Shown here piece by piece: positions 1-10,443 of a stretch of DNA of 64,000 bases. The notes under the pieces are model-generated. The model was not told the DNA's origin. It was given only the letters and a program-made list of their open reading frames with translations, and made no database searches. Every line of letters starts with the position of its first letter. The first letter of the stretch is position 1. The DNA comes from an uncultured delta proteobacterium. GTDB taxonomy: Bacteria > Desulfobacterota > Desulfobacteria > Desulfobacterales > Desulfosalsimonadaceae. Made by a program: the position numbers and the translations under genes. Where the stretch lies: contig CAWGYD010000004.1 of assembly GCA_963826785.1 (NCBI GenBank), forward strand, positions 96,001 through 160,000, written 5' to 3'.

Positions 1-2
1 GC

Positions 3-293
3 GTCTGGTCGGAACGGTGCCAGGGATGCGGGGATTGCGTTCTGGGCATCACCGGCGGCATCTGCCCGATCGCCCGCTGCTCCAAAAGCTTGCTGAACGG
101 CCCCTGCGGCGGTTCAACCAAGGGAAAATGCGAGATCGACTCCAACGTGGACTGTGCCTGGCAGCTCATCTGGGACCGGCTCAAGGCGCTGGGACTGGAA
201 AAGCGGTATGAAGAGGTCATGGAAGCCAAGGACTGGCGGACCAGCCGGGATGGCGGACCGCGGAAAATTATCAGAGAGGATCTGGCATCATGA
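3..293 (+). CDS. metV: Methylenetetrahydrofolate reductase small subunit (MetV), 5' truncated by the window edge
   Basis: Frame reads ERCQGCGDC..GGICPIARCSKSLLNGPCGG..KCE..CAW; stop overlaps metF start (ATGA). Confidence 0.85.
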   Translation, partial: VWSERCQGCGDCVLGITGGICPIARCSKSLLNGPCGGSTKGKCEIDSNVDCAWQLIWDRLKALGLEKRYEEVMEAKDWRTSRDGGPRKIIREDLAS

Positions 294-1213
294 AAACGGA
301 AAGCAGACTGGAAAAGGTATTTAAATCGGGAAACCTGGCGGTCACCTCCGAGTGCGGCCCCCCCCGGGGCGCTGCCCCCGAAAAAGTCAGAGAAAAGGCG
401 GAGATGCTCAAGGGCTATGTCGACGGCATCAACGTGACCGACAACCAGACCGCCATGGTGCGGATGTCGAGCACAGCCGCCTGCATCATGATCAAGCAGA
501 TGGGCCTCGATCCCATCCTGCAGATGGTTTCCCGGGACCGGAACCGGCTGGCCATGCAGAGCGACATCATCGGGGTGTATTCCTTCGGAATCAATACCAT
601 GCTCTGCCTGTCCGGGGATCATCCCCATTTCGGGGACCATCCCATGGCCAAGAACGTCTATGATCTTGATTCCGTGCAGATGATCCAGATGGTGAAAAAG
701 ATGCGGGACGAAGGGAAGTTCCAGGGGGGCGCCGATATCCTCAATCCCCCGAAGATGTTCATCGGCGCAGCGGCCAACCCGTTTGCCGATCCTTTCGAAC
801 TCCGGGTGGCGCGGCTGGCCAAGAAGGTCAAGGCAGGCGTCGATTTCATCCAGACCCAGTGCGTCTACAATCTCGATAAATTCGAGACGTGGATGGAAGG
901 GGTCTGCGACAGAGGGCTCCACGAAAAGGTCTATATCATGCCGGGCATTACCCCGATGAAGACCGTGGGCATGGCCCGGTACATGAAAAACAAGGTTCCG
1001 GGAATGGATGTTCCCGATGCCATGGTCAAGCGGATGGCGGGGGTCCCCAAAGAAAAACAGGCCGAGGAGGGAATCAAGATCGCCGTCGAGTCTATCCAGC
1101 GTCTACGGGAGGTCAAGGGCGTGGCCGGATTCCATATCATGGCCATCGAATGGGAACAGATCGTCCCCGAGATCATAGAAAAAGCTGGTCTTTATCCCCG
1201 GCCGGAAGTATAA
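290..1213 (+). CDS. metF: 5,10-methylenetetrahydrofolate reductase
   Basis: NVTDN, RDRNRLAMQ, LCLSGD and FIQTQ motifs. Confidence 0.93.
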   Translation: MKTESRLEKVFKSGNLAVTSECGPPRGAAPEKVREKAEMLKGYVDGINVTDNQTAMVRMSSTAACIMIKQMGLDPILQMVSRDRNRLAMQSDIIGVYSFGINTMLCLSGDHPHFGDHPMAKNVYDLDSVQMIQMVKKMRDEGKFQGGADILNPPKMFIGAAANPFADPFELRVARLAKKVKAGVDFIQTQCVYNLDKFETWMEGVCDRGLHEKVYIMPGITPMKTVGMARYMKNKVPGMDVPDAMVKRMAGVPKEKQAEEGIKIAVESIQRLREVKGVAGFHIMAIEWEQIVPEIIEKAGLYPRPEV

Positions 1214-1264
1214 CCGACTTTTGACAGGCACTGATCAATCTATACAGGCAAAAGGAGTGGCAAG

Positions 1265-1651
1265 ATGAACGAGCAGAAATTAATTTTGGTCGTAGACGAT
1301 GATCCGGATCTGGTGGAATCGGTTTCCATGAAGCTGGAGGCAGCCGGATACCGGACCGCAAAAGCCTATGACGGCATCGAAGCCATGGACCAAATCAAGG
1401 AAGAAAAGCCGGCGGGAGTGATTCTCGATGTCATGATGCCCCGCAAGAACGGCTGGAAAGTCTGCGAGGAAATCAAGACCAGCAGCGAACTCAAGAACAT
1501 CATCGTGATCATGCTGACCGCTGTGGCCGATGCGGTGCAGACGACAAATTATACGCACCACGACGGAAAATCGACTCTGGCGGACGATTACATTCCCAAA
1601 CCCATTGATCTGAACAAGCTCATGGAAATCGTCTCAGACCAGGTGGGATGA
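1265..1651 (+). CDS. Single-domain response regulator
   Basis: VVDDD, LDVMMP, MLTA and PKP receiver motifs; AAGGAG RBS. Confidence 0.92.
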   Translation: MNEQKLILVVDDDPDLVESVSMKLEAAGYRTAKAYDGIEAMDQIKEEKPAGVILDVMMPRKNGWKVCEEIKTSSELKNIIVIMLTAVADAVQTTNYTHHDGKSTLADDYIPKPIDLNKLMEIVSDQVG

Positions 1652-1895
1652 CCCGGCCGGGAATTTTTTATCTACCCGGAGCCTTAAAATTTATAAAGAT
1701 CACCTGCATTTTCCCGACCGGAGCGCTTCCGGCCGGGAAAGTGCAGCGATCAAATTCCTATCGGACATCCTTTCGCTCTGATTTTTGCGCCGAAACTGCA
1801 GGGCTTTGCTGCTGTATGACGGGAAAATCGAGGAGCACGCGCCAAAACAGGCAGCGACTGAATGCCAGATCAGAATGCCGCCAGGTGAACCCGTC

Positions 1896-2918
1896 ATGAA
1901 TTCCATCCGGATGAACGGTATCAAGCTGAGCCAGCCCTATGTGCAGGCGGGCGAGACATTTGAACACGCTTCGCCTGACGGTCTTGTCCATCTGTACCAG
2001 CTTCTGTCAGCCGATCGCATCAACATCGCTTTTCTGCTCCTTGATTTTTTGCACTCCCCGGCAATGGTCGACTGTCTGGTGGCGCCGGAGCATCTTGGCA
2101 GTGTCCGACACTATCCCACCCAGGCCAATGCCCCGGGAACCCTGTTTTCCTGCCGGACCGCCATGGGAACCCTGTCCCTGTATCCCCATCGATATGATCT
2201 GAAATCTCTGGGATATGTCTTGAAGCTCATGGGGAAAAGCGGCTTTGAATTTTTTCGGATGGCCTCTTCCACCGCCACACTGACCTTTGTGGTGAAGTGT
2301 CAAGACCAGGAAAACCTGGCGGCATTTTTCGCCGATCGCCTGGACTTGCCGCATACCCATACCCCTTTCCTGCAGGGCCCCATCGATGAGGAGCATCTCC
2401 CCAAAAAGGCGCTGGAAACGGTGGCGACCTATGTGGAACAAAAGATCAAGGTTTACGGGATACAGAGCCGGTCCATGCTGATGCTGTGCCGGATGGATCT
2501 GGACGGCGGGCAGCTGGAAGCCGCCGGTGTCCAGCTGCAGGAACTGGGCGAACAAGGGTGTAAATTCGCCTTTGCATCCATATCCAGAAGACCGGATGGC
2601 GGCTTGCGGATCTTTCTGGTGGTGGAGGAAACAACCCCGGGCGGTCAATCAAAAATGCCGATCAATGGTGCGGCTGCTCAATGGGAAACCCGGTTTGAAT
2701 CGGCCCAGCTTTTTTCGCCGGTGGCCCTGATCTGCCTTCAGGGCCCGCATTTCGGCGATCGCCACGGCATTGCCGCCCAGGCTTTTTCCGCTTTGCTGAG
2801 CCGGTCGATTCCCCTGTGGATCGCCGGGTGCGCCGGTGCTGCCATCCACCTGGTGGTTCCCCAGGAAGCGCTGGCAGACGCGGAAGCCGCACTGGGTCAT
2901 GTTTTTCAGATGCCTTGA
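1896..2918 (+). CDS. ACT-domain protein resembling aspartokinase regulatory regions, no kinase domain
   Basis: C-terminal ALICLQGPHFGDRHGIAAQAFSAL..IHLVV ACT-like repeat; AGGTGA RBS before ATG 1896. Confidence 0.6.
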   Translation: MNSIRMNGIKLSQPYVQAGETFEHASPDGLVHLYQLLSADRINIAFLLLDFLHSPAMVDCLVAPEHLGSVRHYPTQANAPGTLFSCRTAMGTLSLYPHRYDLKSLGYVLKLMGKSGFEFFRMASSTATLTFVVKCQDQENLAAFFADRLDLPHTHTPFLQGPIDEEHLPKKALETVATYVEQKIKVYGIQSRSMLMLCRMDLDGGQLEAAGVQLQELGEQGCKFAFASISRRPDGGLRIFLVVEETTPGGQSKMPINGAAAQWETRFESAQLFSPVALICLQGPHFGDRHGIAAQAFSALLSRSIPLWIAGCAGAAIHLVVPQEALADAEAALGHVFQMP

Positions 2919-3045
2919 TGGATAAATTTGCGCGGAATTTTCGCGGCAAAGGCGCTTAAATATAGGCGCTTAATAGAGATAAAAGGGATATGATATCATT
3001 CTGAACGACGGCAAAATTGAGATCACGAAAGAGCAATTCTGGCGA

Positions 3046-4524
3046 TTGCGGGTTTTTGATTCCCTGTCTTATCCAACCATTATCATCAAACCGGATAAGA
3101 CGGTCGTCAGTGCCAATCAGATCTTCGTGGAAACATTCGGTTTTAGGACTGAATCCCTTTTCGGCAAGACCTGCAGTGAAGTATTTTCCGACGGCACCAC
3201 CCAGTGCGATACGGATGAATGCCCCATCCACCAGGTGCTGAAACGGAAAAAAGGGTATTCCATGACCCGGCGAAAAGAAAATCGCTGGGAGGACCGGGTG
3301 TTTTCGCCCATCCTCGATGACCAGGGGGAGGTCGCCTACATCATCGAAAGCATCCGGGATGTCACCCGGTTGAAATTGCTGGAGAGCGAACTGGCCGGCA
3401 TCAAGGAGTTTATCAGCCGGGTGGTGCACAGTTCGGCCAGTGCCATCGTGGCTGCAGACCGGCAGGGAAATCTCGAGCTGATGAACCGGGCCGCCCGGGA
3501 ATTGTTCGGCACCGCCCACCAGAACGGAGGCCGCCGGATTCGGCGGGCCGAAGATCTGTACCCGCCGGGAAAGGCCAAGGAGATCATGCGCATGCTCCGG
3601 GATGAGCAGATCGGCGGCAAGGGAAAGCTGCCCAGCACCATGATCACCATCATCAATTCGGACGGGTTGGAAATACCGGTGGAAATGACGGCGGCCATCA
3701 TTTACGACGATGAGGGCCATGAAACCGCCACCATGGCGATTTACAATGATTTGAGGCATAAGCTGGAAGTCGAAAAGAAGCTTGAGGAAGCCAAGAAACA
3801 GCTGGCCCAATCCGATAAAATGGCCTCCCTGGGGCAGCTGGCTGCCGGTGTGGCCCACGAGATCAATAACCCGTTGACCGGGATCCTGTTCAACTCCAGC
3901 CTGATCCTGGAAAAACTGGAAACGGATCACCCCCTGCGCTCCGACCTGGAATATATCGTGGAAGATGCCAACCGGTGCAAGGATATTGTCAAGAGCCTGC
4001 TGGTTTACAGCCGCCGGACGGATTCCAGGAAGAGCATCGTCCACATCAATGAGGTCGTGGAGCAGAGCCTCCGGCTGACCCGGGACCAGAAGATCTTCGG
4101 AAATATCACAGTGAAAAGAGAGCTTGCCGATGACATGATGCTGGTCCATGTGGATGCCAACAAGCTCCAGCAGGTCATCATCAATCTGGTGATGAACGCA
4201 GCCGACGCGATGAAGGGCCGGGGTGAACTGACGTTGAGAACCAGCCGGGACAAATTGAACAAAAAAGTATTTCTGGAGGTGCAGGACACCGGCTGCGGGA
4301 TTCCGGATGAAAACACCTCCCGGATATTCGATCCTTTTTTTACCACCAAGGAAATTGGAAAGAGCACGGGGCTCGGACTTTCCATCGCCTACGGCATCGT
4401 CGAGGAACACGGCGGCCGGATTGCGGTGAAAGCCACCGGTTCGTCGGGGACCACCTTTATCCTGGAGCTCCCCCTGTATGCACCGACCGCGGATGAGCCG
4501 ATGATGTCCGGTGCGCTTTTATAA
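3046..4524 (+). CDS. PAS-domain sensor histidine kinase (NtrB-like)
   Basis: GVAHEINNPL H-box, NLVMNA, DTGCGI, FDPFFTTK, GLGLSI; two PAS regions. Confidence 0.93.
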   Translation: MRVFDSLSYPTIIIKPDKTVVSANQIFVETFGFRTESLFGKTCSEVFSDGTTQCDTDECPIHQVLKRKKGYSMTRRKENRWEDRVFSPILDDQGEVAYIIESIRDVTRLKLLESELAGIKEFISRVVHSSASAIVAADRQGNLELMNRAARELFGTAHQNGGRRIRRAEDLYPPGKAKEIMRMLRDEQIGGKGKLPSTMITIINSDGLEIPVEMTAAIIYDDEGHETATMAIYNDLRHKLEVEKKLEEAKKQLAQSDKMASLGQLAAGVAHEINNPLTGILFNSSLILEKLETDHPLRSDLEYIVEDANRCKDIVKSLLVYSRRTDSRKSIVHINEVVEQSLRLTRDQKIFGNITVKRELADDMMLVHVDANKLQQVIINLVMNAADAMKGRGELTLRTSRDKLNKKVFLEVQDTGCGIPDENTSRIFDPFFTTKEIGKSTGLGLSIAYGIVEEHGGRIAVKATGSSGTTFILELPLYAPTADEPMMSGALL

Positions 4525-4527
4525 AGA

Positions 4528-6030
4528 GTGTTGATAAAAATGGAAACAGAAGATCAAAGTAATCAGCAATCGACCCCGAACATGTTTTTCCAGCCGCGGG
4601 TGCTGGTCATCGATGACGAAAAGCGGATCAGGGATTCCTGCTGCCGGTTTCTGAGTGGTGAGGGATGTTTCACTCAGCAGGCCGAAAACGGGGAAATCGG
4701 GCTCAAGATGATCGAGGTGAATCATTTCGATATCATCCTGCTGGATTTGATGATGGCCGGGATATCGGGGATGGAGGTATTGTCCAGGGTCAAATCCCTT
4801 CATCCCGACACGGTAATCATTGTCATTACCGGGTATGCCACCATCGAGCACTCCATCGAGGCCATGAAACGGGGGGCGTTTGATTTTCTCCCCAAACCCT
4901 TTTCCCCCCAGGACCTGCGCCTGGTGGTGACCAAGGCCATTGAGTTCATCCGCACCCTTCAGGATATCGCCACGGAAAAATCACGCATGCGGGTGATGAT
5001 CAACCTGCTGGGCGACGGGGTGCTGATCACGGACAACAAGAAGCGGGTGGCGCTGGCCAATCCCACCTTCATGAAAATTCTGGGCTGCCGTGGGGGAAAC
5101 ATTATTGGCGGACCGGTCAGCGATATCGTCTCAGAGCCCAAAGTGCTGGAGATGATCGATCAGGCCCTGGCCCAGCCTTTGGAGGAATTCGTCGAACTGA
5201 CCGAAGAGATCACCATCGCCGACAATGGCCATGACCGGGATCTGATCATCGGCGCCCGCTGCATCCCTTTCCGGGACCGTCTGGGGCGGAACCTGGGAAC
5301 GGTCACCGTGCTGCACGACATCACGACGCTGCGCCGGCTCGACCGGATGAAATCGGATTTCGTCTCCATGGTGGCCCATGAGATCAAGAGCCCGTTAAAT
5401 ACGGTTTTGATGCAGCTCAACGTCATTTTAGACGGGCTGGCCGGTGACCTGACTGATAAGCAGAAGGAGATGCTGACGCGTTCGTCGGACAAGATCAAGT
5501 CGCTCTCCAATCTCTCGGCGGAGCTTCTGGACCTGGCCAAAATCGAATCGGGCCTGATCAACCAGGACAAGGAAAAACTCAATATTGTCGATCTGATAGA
5601 TGAACAGGTTAAATTTTATCAGGACCAGGCCGGTGAAAAATCGGTGAAGCTGGTCATGGAAAACCCCGGCCGGGCGATTGCCATCATGGGCAATCGGACC
5701 AACATCGGCGAGGTGATTGCAAACCTGATCACCAATGCCATCCGGTACAATCGGGAAGGGGGCACCATCACCGCATCGGTCCAGGAAGATGAGCACTATG
5801 CCGTCATCCGGGTTTCGGATACGGGTTTCGGCATCCCCGAGGAAGAGGCGGACCGCATCTTTGATCGGTTTTACCGGGTGAAAAATGAAAAGACCCGATT
5901 TATCAACGGCACCGGTCTGGGGCTGGCCATCGTCAAGAGCATTGTCGAAGCCCACAACGGCATCATCAAGGTGGACAGCCGAATCGACGAAGGGACCACC
6001 TTTTCGGTCTGCCTGCCCCGACTGGCGTAA
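4528..6030 (+). CDS. Hybrid receiver-PAS-histidine kinase
   Basis: N-terminal receiver (IDDE, LDLMM, ITGY, PKPF); VAHEIKSPL, NLITNAIRY, GTGLGL. Confidence 0.92.
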   Translation: MLIKMETEDQSNQQSTPNMFFQPRVLVIDDEKRIRDSCCRFLSGEGCFTQQAENGEIGLKMIEVNHFDIILLDLMMAGISGMEVLSRVKSLHPDTVIIVITGYATIEHSIEAMKRGAFDFLPKPFSPQDLRLVVTKAIEFIRTLQDIATEKSRMRVMINLLGDGVLITDNKKRVALANPTFMKILGCRGGNIIGGPVSDIVSEPKVLEMIDQALAQPLEEFVELTEEITIADNGHDRDLIIGARCIPFRDRLGRNLGTVTVLHDITTLRRLDRMKSDFVSMVAHEIKSPLNTVLMQLNVILDGLAGDLTDKQKEMLTRSSDKIKSLSNLSAELLDLAKIESGLINQDKEKLNIVDLIDEQVKFYQDQAGEKSVKLVMENPGRAIAIMGNRTNIGEVIANLITNAIRYNREGGTITASVQEDEHYAVIRVSDTGFGIPEEEADRIFDRFYRVKNEKTRFINGTGLGLAIVKSIVEAHNGIIKVDSRIDEGTTFSVCLPRLA

Positions 6031-6050
6031 GTTGATTTAAAGCCTCTCTC

Positions 6051-6082
6051 AAAGGCGCAAGGATTCAGCTTGCGCCTTTTTT
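6051..6082 (+). terminator. Intrinsic terminator
   Basis: AAAGGCGCAAG / CTTGCGCCTTT stem followed by a T-run, 20 nt after the stop. Confidence 0.85.
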
Positions 6083-6184
6083 GCGCGTGCGGGAAAAATA
6101 TTTCCTTTATCTACCATTGCTTTGTATTCTGCAGGCGGCTTTTCTCCGGAAATATAGGCAAATGTGAAAATGGATATCTGCGAT

Positions 6185-6228
6185 GACAATTTTGTCTAAA
6201 ATATGCTGTCGGTCTTACAAAATTGTAA
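6185..6228. promoter_or_regulatory. Two palindromic candidate enhancer (bEBP) sites
   Basis: GACAATTTTGTC (6185-6196) and TTACAAAATTGTAA (6215-6228), centres 31 bp apart, upstream of a sigma54 site. Confidence 0.6.
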
Positions 6229-6306
6229 ATCAATTTAAGGAATCAATTATGATATAATAAAACTTAAAATTAATTAATTCAATTATTTATTATTAATAAT
6301 CGGAAA

Positions 6307-6322
6307 TGGCACGCCCTTTGCT
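6307..6322 (+). promoter_or_regulatory. Sigma54 (-24/-12) promoter of amtB
   Basis: TGGCACGCCCTTTGCT with GG-N10-GC spacing, preceded by an AT-rich tract. Confidence 0.88.
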
Positions 6323-6402
6323 CATATGGTGATGACACTTGGAGAAGACGAATTCAAAGATTGCTCTTTTGATGTTAACGATTATGGGGAAAGGATGGAA
6401 AA

Positions 6403-7806
6403 ATGAAAATCTTGTCAACTGTCATTATGTTCGTGCTCGCAGGGGCGACCGCGGCATGGGCGGAGGATGCCTCGCCCGCTGATGCGATTGCACTGGTACA
6501 GACCCATGCCGATTATATGTGGACGCTAATGGCGGCCGTGCTGGTATTTTTCATGCAGGCGGGTTTTGCCATGGTGGAAGCCGGATTTACCCGGGCGAAA
6601 AATGCGATCAACATCATGATGAAAAACCTGATGGATTTTGCCATGGGCTCTATCGCCTTCTGGGCCATCGGGTTTGGTCTGATGTTCGGCGCCACCCGGA
6701 CCGGCTGGTTCGGCACTTCCGGTTTTTTCCTGAGTGATTTCACCCCCGGCGGCGATCCCTGGGTGCTGGCCTTCTGGATGTTTCAGGTGGTGTTTGCCGC
6801 CACTTCCGCCACCATCGTGTCCGGGGCCATGGCGGAAAGAACCAAGTTCATCGGCTATATTCTCTATAGTGTCGCCATTTCCGCGGTAATTTATCCCGTC
6901 TTCGGCAGCTGGGCCTGGGGGAGTCTGTTCCACGGCAGCGGCTGGCTGGAAGGGTTTGGGTTCATCGATTTCGCGGGTTCCACGGTGGTTCATTCCGTGG
7001 GCGGGTGGGCCGCCCTGGCCGGCGCCATCGTTCTGGGTCCGCGCCTGGGCAAATACGGCAAGGACGGCGGCATACGCCCGATACTGGGGCACAATATTCC
7101 CCTGGCGGCACTGGGGGTGTTTATTCTCTGGATGGGCTGGTTCGGGTTCAATGCCGGCTCCACCACGGCCGCCAATACCGATATCGCCATGATCGCGGTG
7201 AATACCAACCTGGCTGCCGCGGCCGGTTGTATCATGGCCATGATCATTTCCTGGATCAAATTCGGGAAGCCGGAAGTGGGTATGAGTCTAAACGGCGCTT
7301 TGGCGGGTCTGGTGGGGATCACCGCCGGATGCGCCAACGTGACGCCGACCAGCGCGGTGATCATCGGTCTGGTCGCCGGCGTGCTGGTATTCGTCTCGGT
7401 CCTTTTCTTTGACCACATCAAGATCGACGACCCGGTGGGTGCGGTATCGGTGCACGGCGTAAACGGTGCCTGGGGAACACTGGCTGCGGGGCTGTTCAAC
7501 ATCGGCGGAACATCGGCCAAAATCGTGGGCGTCCAGCTGCTGGGCATCGGCGCGGCCTTCGTCTGGACCTTTGCCGCCGCATTTATCGTGTTCAAGCTGA
7601 TCGATGCGACCATCGGACTGCGGGTTACGCCAGAAGAAGAAATAGAGGGACTCGATTTTGCCGAGCACGGTGGAAATGCCTACCCGGATTTCGAGGTGTA
7701 TTCCTATTCGGGCACGACTTCTCTTCCCGGTCGGCCATCGGGGCCGGCTTCCCCCGTAAATGCCCTGAAAGCGGCAAAAATGTCCAAAGAAGGCGGGATC
7801 GCCTGA
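6403..7806 (+). CDS. amtB: Ammonium transporter
   Basis: FMQAGFAMVEAG, SGAMAER, DFAGSTVVH, GWFGFNAGS, IDDPVGAVSVHG. Confidence 0.97.
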   Translation: MKILSTVIMFVLAGATAAWAEDASPADAIALVQTHADYMWTLMAAVLVFFMQAGFAMVEAGFTRAKNAINIMMKNLMDFAMGSIAFWAIGFGLMFGATRTGWFGTSGFFLSDFTPGGDPWVLAFWMFQVVFAATSATIVSGAMAERTKFIGYILYSVAISAVIYPVFGSWAWGSLFHGSGWLEGFGFIDFAGSTVVHSVGGWAALAGAIVLGPRLGKYGKDGGIRPILGHNIPLAALGVFILWMGWFGFNAGSTTAANTDIAMIAVNTNLAAAAGCIMAMIISWIKFGKPEVGMSLNGALAGLVGITAGCANVTPTSAVIIGLVAGVLVFVSVLFFDHIKIDDPVGAVSVHGVNGAWGTLAAGLFNIGGTSAKIVGVQLLGIGAAFVWTFAAAFIVFKLIDATIGLRVTPEEEIEGLDFAEHGGNAYPDFEVYSYSGTTSLPGRPSGPASPVNALKAAKMSKEGGIA

Positions 7807-7873
7807 GCAATTAAACCTTAAATCTTCCGAGGCAGCCGATGCCGGCACTACATCGGACTGTTTCGGTCTTCAG

Positions 7874-7900
7874 CCGGGCCGGTAATCGTTACCGGCCCGG
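7874..7900. terminator. Hairpin between convergent genes
   Basis: CCGGGCCGGTAA-TCG-TTACCGGCCCGG perfect 12-bp stem. Confidence 0.65.
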
Positions 7901-7935
7901 TCTGTTTCCGATCAGATGGCAGCAAAAGCGGATCT

Positions 7936-8670
7936 TTACTCCACCGTCCCCCGGACATTGATGGTTAAATCCGGCCGGATCGGGCTGTCGGTCTGAAGAT
8001 GGATTTTTCCCATGTACTTGACGGGCGCCTGGGCGGTGCTTTTTGCAGTGACGATATATTTCCCTTCCACCTGGCGGATATCGACAACGGATAGCTTGTC
8101 TGCGAGGATATCGTCCACGGATGACCCGTTGATCTTAAACGGATATTGGGGCCGGGGAGTGATGGCGATATCAAAGGTTTCACCGCTTCCAGGAGCGGTC
8201 TTGATCCGCAGCGCCCGGGGATCCATTTCCGCGAATTTTTCCACGTCGCCTTCGATGTATAAATAAAAGACGCCTTTGTCCGGATCATTGCTGGATACCA
8301 GTATCTTTCTGGAAAAATTCTGCCCGCCGTACCCTTTGGTGTCCATGGTAAAAGTGATTTCTCCTTCCTCGCCGGCCGGGATCTCTTTGGGATAAGCCGC
8401 GGTGGTGCATGCGCATCCGGTGATGATGTCCCGAATTTCGAGGGGGAGGCTGCCGGTGTTTTTCACGATGAAGGTATGATCAAACCGGGTTCCGTCCACC
8501 ACCGGGGAAAATTCAAATACCTGCTGGGGGATTTCCGCCACCGGCCGTTTGGCTATTTTTTCGGCCTGCAGATAATCCGGCAGGGGCTGGTCATTTTCAC
8601 CGGCAAATGCCGAGGCCGGAATGATCAGGCAAAAAATCGTCATCCATATTTGAAACGTACGCATTTTCAT
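7936..8670 (-). CDS. Secreted DUF1573-type Ig-like protein (Cys version)
   Basis: Signal peptide ending AFA; F..KNTG..PL.I..I.TGCACT..IPAGEEG; NDP motif. Confidence 0.8.
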   Translation of the reverse strand: MKMRTFQIWMTIFCLIIPASAFAGENDQPLPDYLQAEKIAKRPVAEIPQQVFEFSPVVDGTRFDHTFIVKNTGSLPLEIRDIITGCACTTAAYPKEIPAGEEGEITFTMDTKGYGGQNFSRKILVSSNDPDKGVFYLYIEGDVEKFAEMDPRALRIKTAPGSGETFDIAITPRPQYPFKINGSSVDDILADKLSVVDIRQVEGKYIVTAKSTAQAPVKYMGKIHLQTDSPIRPDLTINVRGTVE

Positions 8671-8774
8671 GGTTGCAGATCCTCATTGAAATCAGAATTC
8701 GAGTTTAGGGTCCAAGTCTCAGATCTCTTTTTGCCAAAACCCCGGTTGCGGTACAAGCGCTTTTTACGAGAGGG

Positions 8775-9527
8775 TCATTTTGGGTTTTCGGGTTTTTCTT
8801 CCAGAGGGGAGCGGCGCTGAAAGATCCGTGCGCCGATGATGCTGATTTCATAAAGGATCATCAGGGGAAAAGCCATCATGACCTGGGTCACCACATCCGG
8901 GGGGGTCAGAATTGCGGCAATGACAAAAAACAGCAGGAGGGCGTATTTTCGGTTTTTTTTCAGAAAATCGACGGAGACCAGACCCAGCCGGGCCAGAAAG
9001 GTAATCACCAGGGGCATTTCAAACACCAGGCCGAAAGCGATCAGCAGCTTGGCGGCGAACCCCAGGTATTCCTTCATGGAGGGCAGCGCCCGGATGTTCT
9101 GGGTGGCAAACCCCAGCAGAAACTTGAACCCGTAGGGAAAGACGATGAAATAGCCGAACAGCGCCCCCGCCAGAAAGAAAAAGGAGGAGACGATGACGAT
9201 GGGGAGCATGATCTTGCGCTCCTCCCGATAGAGCCCCGGGGCGACAAACATCCAGAACTGGTAGAGAATCACCGGGACGGCCAGCATAATGCCCGAGAGC
9301 AGGGAAACCTTGAGATAGGTGAAAAAGGCTTCCGGAATGCCGGTGAATATCAGGGTATCCCCCTGCTGAAGCGCCGCCAGAAGCGGCTTCGTCAGCAATT
9401 GGAAAATTTTCTCCTTGAATACATAGGACACCCCGAACCCCACGGCGATGGCGATAAAGCAGCGGATCAGGCGACTGCGAAGCTCTTCCAGATGGGTGGT
9501 AAACGGCAGCTTCTCTTCTTCATGCAT
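8775..9527 (-). CDS. tatC: Twin-arginine translocase TatC
   Basis: [33 protein letters not shown]; start overlaps the tatB stop. Confidence 0.95.
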   Translation of the reverse strand: MHEEEKLPFTTHLEELRSRLIRCFIAIAVGFGVSYVFKEKIFQLLTKPLLAALQQGDTLIFTGIPEAFFTYLKVSLLSGIMLAVPVILYQFWMFVAPGLYREERKIMLPIVIVSSFFFLAGALFGYFIVFPYGFKFLLGFATQNIRALPSMKEYLGFAAKLLIAFGLVFEMPLVITFLARLGLVSVDFLKKNRKYALLLFFVIAAILTPPDVVTQVMMAFPLMILYEISIIGARIFQRRSPLEEKPENPK

Positions 9528-9906
9528 CTGTTTTGTTTTCGCTCTCTTCCTGTTTTCCGCCGTTCTTGTCTTCAGCAGGCGGCTGCGGCTGCGGACCGTC
9601 CGCCTGGGGATGATCCGATTCATAGGGGGTCAGCGGCTGGATTTCGACCTTGTCCGCGGGGCTCTGCTTCCGGGTGGTGGCCTTGAGTGCACCCCGCACA
9701 TCGTCATTGATTTCTGTCAGGTTTTTTTTGATGTCGGACAGGTTGTCATCGATGTCGAGGGAATCCTTGAAATCGCGGGAGGCTTTTTTGAATTCATTCA
9801 ACGCCCGGCCCAGGGACTGGGCCAGGTCAGGCAATTTTTTCGGGCCGATCACGATCAGGGCGACGGCCAATATGACGATCAGTTCGGGCATTCCGATGCC
9901 AAACAT
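9520..9906 (-). CDS. tatB: Twin-arginine translocase TatB/TatA
   Basis: [26 protein letters not shown]. Confidence 0.88.
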   Translation of the reverse strand: MFGIGMPELIVILAVALIVIGPKKLPDLAQSLGRALNEFKKASRDFKDSLDIDDNLSDIKKNLTEINDDVRGALKATTRKQSPADKVEIQPLTPYESDHPQADGPQPQPPAEDKNGGKQEESENKTDA

Positions 9907-9930
9907 GAAATTTAACTCCTTGGGAAAAAA

Positions 9931-10437
9931 TTAAATGCTGCAGACATGAGCAACAATATGACCGGCTTCGGGAAAAATCAAGGCCTTGCAGGCGAGTTTG
10001 CACGCATTCAGACTGCCCGGCAGGCAAAAAACCGCACTCTTTCCGATCACACCGGCAACTGCCCGTGAAAGCAGGGCCGCAGAAGCGATTTCGGAGTAGC
10101 TGAGTTGTGTGAACAGCACCGCAAAAGCAGTCATCTCCTTTTCAAACAGCGGCCGGATGGATTCGATGGTGACGTCCTGCGGCGTCAGTCCGGTGCCGCC
10201 GGTGGTGATCAGCAGATGGGGGGAATGGGTGCCGACGGTCTTTTTGACCAGATCTGCAATCTGGGGCCGGTCATCGGATACGACCTGGTGTAGCACCACC
10301 ATATGGCCTTCTGCTTCCGCCTGCTGCCGCATCCAGGCTCCGCTCTGGTCATCGGCCAGGGTGCGGGTGGATGAAACCGTGATGATGGCCACTCTCAGCT
10401 GCCTGGGAGCGTCTTTGACGTGTTCTTTCCGGCCCAT
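9931..10437 (-). CDS. moaB: Molybdenum cofactor biosynthesis protein, MoaB/MogA family
   Basis: IITVS, ITTGGTG..DVT, SRAVAG, FCLPGS. Confidence 0.88.
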   Translation of the reverse strand: MGRKEHVKDAPRQLRVAIITVSSTRTLADDQSGAWMRQQAEAEGHMVVLHQVVSDDRPQIADLVKKTVGTHSPHLLITTGGTGLTPQDVTIESIRPLFEKEMTAFAVLFTQLSYSEIASAALLSRAVAGVIGKSAVFCLPGSLNACKLACKALIFPEAGHIVAHVCSI

Positions 10438-10443
10438 GATCGC

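Noticed and set aside
6185..6228. amtB palindromes as ORF6N sites
   Set aside because: Half-site spacing differs (2-nt versus 1-nt centre) and the GAGGTC arms are missing
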